Below are positions 37,649 to 49,828 of a DNA stretch of 64,000 nt, in pieces. The DNA is from Trichosphaerium sp. ATCC 40318 (taxonomy: Eukaryota; Protista; Tubulinea). Both the position numbers and the translations under genes were made by a program. Every line of letters starts with the position of its first letter. Positions within the stretch are counted from its first letter, which is position 1. The stretch is taken from assembly GCA_038496445.1 (NCBI GenBank), contig JALMLS010000418.1, forward strand, positions 224,264-288,263, read 5' to 3'. Below the pieces are notes generated by a model, which searched no databases, was not told the DNA's origin, and saw only the letters and a program-made list of their open reading frames with translations.

Positions 37649-40600
37649 TTAACTTTGCTCACTGTCATCACTTTCCTCTTCACTACTAAAGCTCTCATTT
37701 TGCTCAGCAAACTGTCGTCGTTTCCTCTCTCGGATACTACTAGTTCTAAGAGCTCTTGGTTTTGGAATACGCTTTTTCTTTGTGTCAGGAGGTCCTGTAG
37801 GTGCTGCTTTCTTTCTTGCACTCAACGAACTAAACAGAGATAAATAAGTAAAATAAGACACGACAACAATGAGAACAACACTTTCTCGTATTTTACAAAG
37901 GACCACTAATAACGTTTTCATGGGCATACCAAAATTTTTACAAAAAAAAATCAATGGACATACCTTTTTTGTTTATAATGTACTAGATGCTCTGTAGAAT
38001 TCCTTCGTTGTGCTGCATCAAAATTCTTTATCATTCTTTTCTTTTCAGGTGTACTTGTAGAACTTATTGTTTCAGGCGTGGATCCAACAGTCTTTGATTT
38101 ACCTGAGAAAAAACAGTTAAAACAAGTCACTGAAAAAAGAAAATATCTCATACGTTTTGTAGTTCTTGGACTGTTTGAGTCATCAGTCATTACTAGAGAA
38201 GAAGAGCTACCGCTCCCTTGAAGGGAGGTTTCTACTTCATGACCAGAAAACACATCATCAGTTGGTTCTGATTGAGATGGGCTTGATTTACCAGTACGAG
38301 CTGCACGCCTTGTTTTTCCCTTAAGGGTACGTTTAGACTTTGATCTTGAAGGTTTCTTCTCCTCAGCTCCCATAGATGGACTAGCTGGTCCATTCCTTCC
38401 TTCTAATGTTTGCCCTTTTCCATGGATATTAAGAACATTATCACGTGGTGTTTTTGTTGGATTTTCACCAGAATGTTCTGAAATGGATATTTTATCTCCA
38501 TCTTCTTCTTGAGTTGACTCAGTAGCTGATTCGTTAGCCTCTGGGATATCTTCAACTGAAGTTGCTTTCCTTGGGTGTTGCGAGAAGAACTGTGATAAAA
38601 CTTCTACATCAAAGCCTTCAGGTAGACTAGCAAAAAGAGGATGCTTAAACAAACCATCAGCAAAGCCAAGTGTATCATATTGCATACCTTTAAGAGATCA
38701 ATAGACTCCGGTCTATCTGCTGCGTTTCTTGTCATACACTGCTCTACAAAACTTACAAACTCAGGTTTATAGAGTCCAGGTTCTTGCAATCGAGCTGGTT
38801 CCTAGGTTGTGGATAAATAAATGATCGAAATATGTCGAAAGATAATTTTGGTAGGTCAAATGGGATACAAGCGTACTTGTGAAGATATCTTAAAGAGCGC
38901 AGATATTGGTGGACGATCGTGATAAGGTGGTTTTGTCTCTGCTAGCTCAATACATGTAACACCTAAAGACCACACATCTACCTTTTGAGTATGGCCATCT
39001 TCCATAACAATCTCTGGTGCCATCCTACAACAAAATTAAAAAACGAACATTCCATCGCTCATGAAGTGATTAAAACATACCAATGAGGTGATCCTACACT
39101 AGTATAACGTTCTATCATATTATTCACCTGTGCAGATATCGAAAAATCGGCTAAATAGAACAGGTAAGTTACTTTCTTTGATTAAGTTGCATTTTTTTGT
39201 AAAGTTGACTTACTGAGTTTACAAACACCACCAGTTTTAGCTAAAACATTAGCAGCTTTAATGTTTCTGTGTATACGATTATGCTTATGAATAAAAGAAA
39301 GAGATTTGACTAGTTGTAACATAATAGCTACAATACACTCTTCAGGTATAGGACCACCAATACGGTCCATAAGGTCTACTAAAGACCCTATATCACAATA
39401 CTCCATGACAACCTAAATCTCCGATTTAGCTTTTTTTCGAAGCGAGAGGCACGAAGACAAAAAATCAAAGTTGAGGTTTTGAAGGTAAAAGGCTTAGATG
39501 GTAAACATCTGGTTTCGTGTACCCATGGTTTCTTGTTCCTCATGTAAACTCCATGATATTTTACAATATTAACATGTTGTAAATCATTCAATGCACGTAA
39601 TTCTGCTTCTAATGACTTGCAGTTGATATTTTCATTAAATATCTTAATAGCTACTTTATCTGTAGAGTCTATCTGATGTGCACAATAAACAGTACCAAAT
39701 GCACCTTTACCAAGAATCTCGCCTGAACAAAAAAAACCAATAAATAATTTGCATTCAAGTACGAACAACAAGAGCTCATGTTATAGAGTGCAACTCAAAT
39801 TTAAAAAATCCTTCTTACAAAGAAGGCGCACGTACCTCTTTGAAATATTTTGGCAGGATTATTCTTATAGTAAATATCCTCTGGAGAACTCCTACAAACA
39901 ACTTGTTAGCACCACAACAACAATAAAAATAAATGAAACATTTAGTGTTCGTACTGTGTCACTTCATATTTTAGAAGAGAATTTTGAGTCCTTAGAGCAT
40001 CTCGCTCTTCTCTCAGCTCAGTCAATTGCGCTCTATGAACAAGTCATTACATTGGCTGTTTTTAAAACCATTAAAGAGATTTAACACGAACCTGACTCTT
40101 GTGAGCTCTTCTGTGTTCATAACTGCTCCGTTACGATCTTTCTTGCTTAATTTCCTTTCAAGAGCTTCTATAGACTCACTAGAAAGGAAAGATGTCTCAC
40201 TCAACGCCATAGATGATGTAGCATCTTTAAAAACAAATATGTCAAAAAAAATAGTTTAGAAGTTGATTTATAAACATACCTATAATACCAGGCGCTGCAG
40301 CACCTGTCCGTCTAAACTGAGCGACATAATTATTACCCATTTGGGATAGAGACATTTGCAAGAACATCTTTTAAGAAAAATCGGTTAGAAAAACGCTAAA
40401 AAGAGCCAAAACGCTATCAAATATAGCCACAAGAGTGTCAACTAAAACGTTTAACGTACTTTTGATCCATTTCTGTGTTTAGCTTCAATAGTCCTTGATG
40501 TATTCATCATTTTCTGTATTTTGCTCTGTTTGTATGATTTTAAATACTGTTCATGCTTTTTAGGGCTTAAAAACATTAACATCTGCAAAAAAAAGGTATC

Positions 40601-41284
40601 AGGACCTAAGAATCTATATCAACTTCTATGATACTTACTGTCACGTTATGTCCTAGAGCCTCACGCTCATCCCATCCAAACATTTCTTGTGCTGCTTTGT
40701 TAAAGCATACAATACGCCCATCATCGTTGGTGACTACTATTGCGTCTGGTAGGATAGCAAACGCGCTAAAGAACAGGATCAGTACCGAAATTGATTGTGA
40801 TGGTTTTTTTTGTCTGCAACGTTAATTGTTACGCTTGTTTGTTGCAAATAGAGTAGTGTAGAGTAATACCTAAACGGTTCCACATCGGTGGCAGCCACTA
40901 TTAATACCGCAATCCATTGGTCCTATTTCTTTTTAGTTTCAGTACTGGTGGTTGTAGTATGTACCATGTCTGATTTAGAGCGCGTTTGAAGGAATAATAA
41001 TTTACGCTTGTTTATTACAACGAAGCAATGGTCGTGTGCGGCTAGATCTGCTGCTTGGATTAACGCTCCTTCAAGCTTGATCTTTTTCCATGGTCGCTTT
41101 GAAGTAGCCTAAGGTGAAGCTTCAGAGCCTGAACTAGTTGATACGCTTATATAGCACTTACCGCAACGTTGTTATACAATTCTAGGCGATCTGCAAGCAC
41201 TACACACCATTTTTTCTTCCATTTGCTCCCTGTTTTCTTACGAAGGAATCCTTGCTTTAGAATAGGGTCGCTGTTACTTGCCAT
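37649..41284 (-). CDS. PH + FixL-like PAS + STE20-like (pseudo)kinase with Ser-rich basic tail
   Basis: PH: ILKQGFLRKKTGSKWKKKWCVVL...DQWIAVL. PAS: LPDAIVVTNDDGRIVCFNKAAQEMFGWDEREALGHNVTMLM...KHEQYL...SRTIEAKHRNGS. Kinase: LGKGAFGTVY, VAIK, MEYCDIGSL, HRNIKAANVL, DFS, GSPHWMAPE, DVWSLGVTCIELAETKPPY. Last exon frame uncertain (stop at 37649 or 37639). Confidence 0.88.
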
Positions 41285-41807
41285 TTTATTTCTATTAGTT
41301 CATTCCGCGTTTTACGTCACAATGAGGTTTTGAATAAGTACTTTCACACGTATGTATGCGTCTGGAGTAAATAAAGGCCGATGTTACCTGACTTATCCCC
41401 TTGCCCAAAGTAGTTAATTTTCGGAATAAAACTGCTTCCAAAGGAGTAAAACGCATACGATTGCATTAACCCACTCAATGTGTTGTTTAGTTCGGTAGCT
41501 CATAAAGCGAGTAAGCTAAACTCCGTGCTTGCATCCGTAAAACAACATCCTGCATCACGGCACAACCAGTTAGACGCTAGATGCGACTCAGTAAGCTAGC
41601 AGCTAAGAAATTTAGTACATTTACATGTTATGTACTGTACAAAACAAAGGAGTCCTCTTTTCTCGTTCTCACTATTACGTTGTTTGTCAGAAAATACGAA
41701 TTCAAGCAAAAAATGTCTTACAAACCGGGCAATTTGCATCAACAAAAAAAAAATAACTCGAAAAGAATTTAAAATCTGAGTCAAACCATTTGGCAACAAT
41801 ACGCCAA

Positions 41808-43873
41808 ATGCGCCGCCGAAGATTCGGGTCAGTACAATAATACTATCTAAGCGCATTACAATGATCTAACATGCAATAGGGCCATTTTATGCTGTTTAAT
41901 ATGCCTAATAGGCATAACTGCTCTTATTAATGCTATACTATTCGCAGGTAATATCTTTTTTCGTTTTAGCTTTTTTTAATACTGTCCACGTGTTTTGTAA
42001 AAAAAAACTGATCTAAATCGATAAACTAACTCAAGAAAGGCCTTGGAGACGTAGAAACGAACGCATGGTTTGATTCATACAAAGCCATACGAGTATACTG
42101 ATTAGATCAAGGCTACAGTACTAAAAACGCGTAGGAATCAGTAAGACCAGCTGTAGGGATCGTTGTGAAGCACTTCAAACGCCAAACACACTGGAACAGA
42201 GAAGAAAAGCAGGAAAGCGAAGTAGTCAGTGAAGACGAGCTAAGAAGGGCTAAATCTACTGCTAAGCCGATTGTAACAAATAATGATAAAGACGCTGGTA
42301 TGAGAATTGACATTTTTTTTTCACTAATTGCAGCGAGTAGTCAAACCTACAGATGTACCTGCAGCGCAAAAAACCGCTGATAAACGAGATTTAGTATTAA
42401 AGCAACTCCTTGAGAAGAGACGACGCATCGCTGAAGGAAAAACTGTATTAAATACAGTCGTCCCAACTGCGCATGCGACTACACAGCATGTTGATATCAA
42501 GAAGACATCAGCTCCTACGCCAAAACCAAATATAGTCAAATCTACAATCTCAACTGATATTGACAAACACAAGACGGCTGTAACTCAAGCAGCGAAGAGT
42601 ACAACTACAAAACCAATGAACAGAGTGATTTACCTCGAAGACCTTAACAAGTACTCTACCTTAAAGAGACACCAAGCGGAATACTTCTGATTCTCTTGTA
42701 GAAATGAACACTTTGATGTCACTCTGTGTATACTAGTAACAGAAGGAGATAAGGTAATCACCAAGCTGTTACTGAGGCTTTTGATGTTTGTTCTCTTTTG
42801 ATAACTAATTGATCGTTAGCGCTTTGTTGAAGGTTTGTTGGATTCTATTAAGAAAGTTGGTTTATTAGAAGCTATGAATGGGACTGTAATATTGGCTGAC
42901 GAAATCACACCTGATCTTCAGAGTGTTGGTGACGCATATGAAGCACGTGTTATGCACTCAAATGGCATTGATGGTATCAGTATGAAAATTACAAAGATGA
43001 TAAAGTAAGAGAAAACTGAGACAACCTGTAACCAATTTGAGTTTAGGAGCTTGAAGACCAAGTACGTTATTCTATCTACACCTGGGTGGTATATACCACA
43101 ATACATAAGAGGTAAACTACGTAGTGTTGCTGTATACTAAATAATGCCCAAGGCTGGCCACACTTGCTTACAGAATCTATTGATATTCTTGCCAAAGTGC
43201 GTTTTGGTTTTATGAGTACTTTTCTACTCATGTCCTCATTTTAATATTAGAAAGAGGCATCGGTTGTTCGATTGTATAATCCAGAAGTGAACAGACCTCA
43301 CTCTAAGAACAGCTGTTAGTACCAATTTTTTATTAACTTTATTAAATTTTTGTTTAGATAGAAAGCGTTGTAGTACTCTTAACCCTGAGCGAGTACCGTA
43401 CGTGCCTATTTCGTATTAATGAGGTAGTGTATTCTAATGATACTTGACAATAGGTACTGGTTGTGTAATTGTTTTTTCTTGCCAGAGATAAACGTTGAAG
43501 ACATATATCCTGATGAGATTTGGCGTTGTGGTCCAGAAGAAGGAGATGCCAGTTTTTATTGTACAAAAGGAAACCACTGTAACCTATCAGTACGGATTTT
43601 ATCCTCTCTTTTATGTACAAATCAATTAATTTGTTCTTCATTATAGTTAAATCCTAGTATATTTCGGAAAGGCTTCTGGTACGATAACACTTATTCCTTT
43701 TTTTTTCTGATTTCTTTTCCTCGTCTTTTAGGCTTCAATATTTGAGTTGGTTTTCAAAGAATGATAAAAGTCAAAGTAGAAAAGAGTTCGAGCATGGATA
43801 CAGAAAAACATGGAAGAAACTTGATTTGACTATAGCTTCCAGTAGGAGTATATTCCATGTTAAAAAAAAGTAA
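41808..43873 (+). CDS. Type II membrane protein, divergent GT-A/GT2-like glycosyltransferase
   Basis: MRRRRF + signal anchor AILCCLICLIGITALINAILFA, Thr/Pro-rich stem, then KTKYVILSTPGW, VVRL and SLNPSIFRK motifs resembling protist GT2-like proteins. Confidence 0.45.
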
Positions 43874-44266
43874 ACAGAGTGACTAACTAAAAGTTCTGCC
43901 CTTGTACCAAAAATAATTAAAAAAACCAATAAAAACAAACCTAGCTTAAAGCTACCTGGTTGGCTGTTTAAACAGTTACTGATTATTGTTTATCATTCTT
44001 TTGGGGGTTGTGGGATGAGATTCAACAAACTCAACAAACTAACAAAAGACAGTAAAAATAAGAATTGTATTTGATACAGTACAGAGTCAATTGACTGTTT
44101 GTGGTTATAAATCGTTTTGCAACTTGAAACTGTTTTTTTTAAGCGCTTGCTCTTTGTAATATCACGTGGTATTCGAAATTCTACACTGCTTGATACAATG
44201 CACTCAATAGTCAGAGGTACCTCATAAAGAAAAGATACATGGGCAATTGATTGGATATAAATAATT

Positions 44267-46174
44267 TTATTTTACTTTTTGGTTGTTTGCTGTAGCTCTG
44301 TTCTCGTACATTTCCTCTATATTTATAATGAGAGTTAACAATGGCTTTGGATTATAAGGGAATAATCCTTTATCATTTAATCTTGCTATGGCATAACGTA
44401 ATCGTATAAGAGTACCAACAAATTTATCAATAGGTTCATCTTTTTTTTTAGTTCCTTCAATTGATATATTACCAAACTTGACCAAAATGTCTTCCTCGGG
44501 GATATCACCTTCATCAAAACCATCCAGAGATATCTCCAAATTAAAGTCTCTTTGTGTAATCTTAAGATACGTTACAAAGTATTGTAGAAAAGAAGTTTCG
44601 TTATCCATAAGTAAGTCAACAAGAACAGAATGATCAAAAGATATTTCACAAAAAAAACGAAAGAGTAAAGCATGTGGGTTGTATGCTTTGAATAAGTCAC
44701 TTATTTGATCATTATTAGCACAATGAACACTTAATCTTGTATGAATATTCAACAGAGAAGACAATACAGATACCATCATACCATCATCAGAGATAAATAA
44801 GGAAATAAGTTGAGAAGGATCGAACTGTTTGAAAAAAGCTAAAACGCAATGTTAGGTAAAAAGATTTTTTCTTTGCTTACCTGAGTTAACTTGGAGTTGT
44901 CCTAATAACCAAGAAATACCTTCTTTCGTATTAGCATATGTCACTTTATCCAAAAGATCAAGTAGAAGTATAATAAAAGGTCGATGAAGTATGCTTGAAT
45001 TATCAACTGGTTTTATGAATTGGCAAAAATCAAAATCATCAAAATACTCTTCATCTTGTTGCTTTGGAACCATTGATGGTATAGCCGATACTAAAGCTGT
45101 AACAATAACACCTATCTATTTAAAGTATAACAGTAAGCAATTAAGATAAATTAAGATATATACAGTACCTGATCGATATCTTCAATGTGAGGCATATACG
45201 TTTGTAAGATTTTAATACATCCCAACCTTAGTTCAACCCACCCTATAGAATCTTTACCAGATGATTTAATAATAAGCAGTAGCTATTTATGTGTTAGTGT
45301 ATCAGTTATGCAAGGTCGTAGCTACATACACGGAGCACTACTTTGTGAAATTGTGAAATCCGATCAACTGGGTCAACATTGCTTAATAGCGTTGCTATAT
45401 TGATGTATCTTTTAAACAATGCCAAGTGTTGTTGAAACCTTAGAGGATGCTCGATAATGGACTGAATAGATGCATCATTCAAGCGACAAATACTAACTGA
45501 AATAATCCCGTGAATATCAATCTGTGTCAAAAGAAGACGCAAAATATCATGACGTTCCTGAAAAAAGTAAGAAAACAAAACTATTATCGTGTACAACGCA
45601 CGTTGTCCAGCACGTGTTTTATGACACGGCATAACCACCAAAGTGACGTACTATGTTGTTCTGGTGTATAAAACGGAATGCGAGCGATGACTATAGTGAG
45701 TAAACGTTGATTGACGTTAATGTCGTTCCAATCAAGCATAACTAGATCTGCAAGAATGAGGCCTTTGCAATGCTTTAGCTATCGTTTTGAACACAAGAAA
45801 ATGTACCTGCGACGTGGCTCGTTACTCTGTTGCCTTGTTCCCACAGTTTTAAAACCGTTTCGTTTATGTCGTTTATACACGGTGAAATAATCTGCCTACA
45901 CATTACCCCTACGTGTTCTTCAAACTCTACGTCATCTTTTAGATATTGAATAGCCCTTTGAACGATATTTGCTGATAGTAGAGTTTTATCGATGCTGCTG
46001 TGTTCCTAGGCGTATGCGTAAGCGTAGAAAAGCCAATTAACGTACCCACAAAGGTCTAATAGCCAACGATAATTGTTCAGCGGTTATTTTAGCTTCACCG
46101 CATAATACAGCGCCTGTTGTAACTGCTGCGAATAAAGTTTCGAATTGCCCAAGAGTGTCAATACCAATTTCCAT
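44267..46174 (-). CDS. LINS1: Protein Lines homolog (LINES_N and LINES_C domains)
   Basis: FISDDDGMMVSVL...NPHALLFRFFCEISFDHSVLVDLLMDNETSFLQYFVTYLK...LIRLRYAIARLNDKGLFPYNPKPLL. Confidence 0.85.
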
Positions 46175-46294
46175 CGTATAAGGCTCAGACGCTAATATCA
46201 AGAGAAGGACAGCGAATGCAATGAACTAACCAAAGAACGACTTTAGCACACTTAATCAAACTGACTTTTAGCAGGCATCTCTTACATTGCTCGT

Positions 46295-48168
46295 ATGAGC
46301 AGCGGTAGGAACTCCATTGATAACATTGAAGGCCAAATAGATATTGTGGAGCCTAACAAAGAGGATAGAGAGCGAGACTTGCTAATAAAGCAATATGTGG
46401 AAACTTTACCGAGCTCCGAACAGTACTTGGACTATTTCTCTCAAAAAAAACTAACAACTTGTCAGTGTGCCTTTCTACGTATTTTGCCTCTTTTTATTGC
46501 TCGGTTTGGCGCCTTGGTTGGTTGTTAATGGCATTTATGTTCAAGTACGCTTAGTTCCTCCGTATAACGCTCATACAACATTGTAGATGATACCAAATAA
46601 CGCAGATCTACCTGAAGGTGAAGCAATAGCAGCGTATATAAGCGTAGCTATTCAACTCTCGAATATATTCACTGCTATCTATGTATTCACGCAGGCATAC
46701 ATACCTATACGGTACGGAGAAAAACAATACGTTATCCGCACATGAGAAACACGTTTTTTATTTATTTATTTGAATTGTAACTTTCGAACAGGCATGCCTT
46801 CTCCATGGGTTCACTTATCGTATTAAATTGTATCTGCGCTCTGCTGATAGCTTTCTTGTGGAGAGAGAGTGTTTTCATATTTGGAAGTGAACGTAGTGTA
46901 CCATTACTTATACTTTCATTCTTGAGTGGTGGTATTGGTACACTATCTGTTGTGATATTCTACCCTTTCGCATCACTCTACGGTATGTCCTCATTGTTGA
47001 AAACAATGTGATTGTGGAATAGAACTTGTTTCTGATATGTTATTAAAGGTACAACGCTCACAAGCGCATTGGCGGTTGGCATGGGTGCGTTTTTTGACAT
47101 TAACACAAATATACTTTTTTGTTTTAGACTTTCTTATTATTATCAGGTAGCTCGGGCCTTTTAACTTCTCTACTGGCACTTCTTCAGAGCGCTGGTAAAG
47201 GATTACTCTTTAACGTTGTGGACTACTTCCTTATCCTCGTTGCTGTGATTGTTATCAGCTTTATTTGCTTTGTATTAATTTATGCAGTGCCAGCTGCTCG
47301 CAATTTGAGGCTCCATGCCGAACAGGTACATTGCTTGGTTTCCCTAAAAGAATTAACGATATCAAAGGCAGAGGAGATTAGAACAAGAACTACAACAGAG
47401 GAAAACGTACCACTCCACACGTGGACTATTTTGAAAAAGTCAAAAACAGCAATATTAAGTACGGCGAAGAAGCAAATATAAAGTTGCTTACTACTTCATG
47501 TAGATCAGATGTATATTTCCATTCTGTATGGGTCTTTCCTTTCATTACTACCATACACACTATCTGCTTATAAAGGTGATCACAAAAACACACTGCTCAC
47601 GTGGTACGCAACATCAAAACAAACACAAAAAAACAAAAAAAAACTTCTGTGCAATCTGAAAAGACATTTTGTTGACATTTTGACAGGTCAACAAATATTG
47701 GTGTGGCTTTTGGCGCAATTGGGAGACTGGTGACAGCGAAGAGATCTTTTAGAACACGACGTCTGCCTTTGTTATCTCTTCTACTTGTACGCAACCTTTT
47801 GTTGGGCTTTACTCAAAAAATGCTTTTTAGACGCCACTGTGGATTTACTTGTTTGGTCTTTGCTTTGTAAACAAGGAATTTCCACCTTCTTATGACGCTG
47901 AAATGTCGTTGGCACCTGGTATTGTCTCCATTATTGTGCATGGACTTTTTCAGTTTTTGTACGGCTATGAAGACACCTTGGCATACCACCGCGTAGCTTA
48001 TGACCTAGACGGGACGGAAATCGAACTTGGTACAGTATTTGAAAACAAAAGTTTTAGTGACCTAACGCTTATAAAGGAACGCGCTACGTTGGACTATTTA
48101 ATCAAATAGGAAGCTTTTTAGGCGCCTTTTTTTCATTCGGCCTCACAATGGCGTATTTTGCCGCATAA
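46295..48168 (+). CDS. SLC52-like (riboflavin transporter-type) multi-pass membrane protein
   Basis: LLGLAPWLVVNGIYVQ|MIPNNADLPEGEAIAAYISVAIQLSNI and GGIGTLSVVIFYPFASLY resemble SLC52 motifs; about 11 hydrophobic segments. Confidence 0.7.
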
Positions 48169-48441
48169 CTAAATGTACAGTCTAAACTAATAAAACCTTT
48201 GTAAACATACCAAAAAACGGCGCATTGCTGTATCAAGAACCAAATAGTATCGTGTACTACAGCTAACATTTACTGTGTAACACGTACGAACTGTGGCACA
48301 AGCCAAACAGCACGGAGACAATAACAAAATTGAAATCATGTAACATTTTCTCACAAAAAAACGAAAGTCAATTGTAATCATAGTTTTTTTTTTCATCGCC
48401 TAGGGACCAGCTTTTCTGTAAAATACTAACTACAAAAAACT

Positions 48442-49587
48442 ATGGTACGTATAATGAAGAGTTTATAATCATAGTCGAGCGCCTATCGCACTTTTCTCTC
48501 AAGTTTTTCTTATTCGCGCTCGTTACCTTTCGGTAATTGCGGGTAACGCTGTAATATCACTTGGGTGGCAATAATACACTTTTTATTGACCTTTCAGTCG
48601 ATCTTACAGAATGTAGGGACGCTTATCTCTCAAACATAAAAAGTGCAACAGAAAGTTGGGTAGAACTAGCTATCCTCGTGAAGCTACCACTTCCGATCCA
48701 TACATGAAGTTGATGGTCAAGGTGTGTTTTCGTAATTATGGAGCTCAAGTCGCTACATTACGCGTCTAGAAACACGTTTGGGCATTTTTCTCACAATTTC
48801 GTAGCTTTACAGATTTTTGGACCGCCGCGCTCCTAGCAAGTTCAACAGACGTGTCTTGAGAAGACTCTGTACCACACACAGAAACAGACACCCTGTTTCT
48901 ATTAGCAAGTAAGTAATTGCGCATAATTCTCTATTACGCTACAATTATTGGCTGTACGCTCATTAATTACGTAGATTGGCTAAAGTTCAAGCTAATATGC
49001 GCACCATTGGTACCAAAGATGACCCAAACAAAAAGGTCAACGCCCACGACACACTCGTCGTTGTTTCCAAAGTTGTCAACGACCCAAGATTATATTTTGT
49101 CCCTGAAGGCCTTCGTATTGCTGCTCTTGGATTCTCTTCCACTGCTCGCGCACGTATTGAAGCTGTAAGTCTCTTTGGCGCTACATTGTTTATTCTCTTT
49201 ATTTTTTTCACGAGCTTATTCTGTTATTAGAAAGGTGGTAAATGTCTCACTCTTGAACAAGTTGCACAAGAGCGCCCACGCGGTGACAACTGTGCTTTGA
49301 TCCGCGCCAGCATGAAGGGTCTCGCCAAAAGGAAACACTTCTGGGGTGTCCGTGGACGTAAAGCTACGTACGTGATCGCTAATACGCTAGAATTTTATTG
49401 TACTTTTCTTCGCAAAGCGAAATTGCTGTTGTTTATTGTGTTTCTTCTTTTGTACTTACTTGTTTTTCTTAGTCCACATGTTGCTAAATGGAACATCACT
49501 GTCAAAGAAGGTGCTCGTGGTCGTCGTAAGGGTAAGGGCGGTAAAATGACAACTGGCAAAGCCAACTACCCTGTCAGCAGAAAATAA
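48442..49587 (+). CDS. RPL18: 60S ribosomal protein L18 (eL18)
   Basis: SDPYMKLMVK|LYRFLDRRAPSKFNRRVLRRL...NRHPVSISK...VVNDPRL...LRIAALGFSSTARARIEAKGGKCLTLEQ...EGARGRRKG. Confidence 0.93.
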
Positions 49588-49828
49588 ATTGTTCAAAATA
49601 AATACCAAAACTTGCTTACTATTATTGTATTATGCTTTTATTGTCGTGTTTCGTAGTAAAGTTTATGATATGTCTTAAATACCGTGTATGTTGGCCTAGT
49701 ATCTCTGTTGTGGGGTAGAATTTTGTAATTTGAAAAAAAACTTTTCTGAGCGAAAAACAAGCAGTTTTCTGTACCTAGTACCCTTTCGTTAACTCGCGTT
49801 ATCAACCATGTGGCGGGTAGTGTAGCTT

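Noticed and set aside
46420-46530. Apparent frameshift in the SLC52-like gene
   Set aside because: Resolved by a normal gtacttg...gtcag intron.
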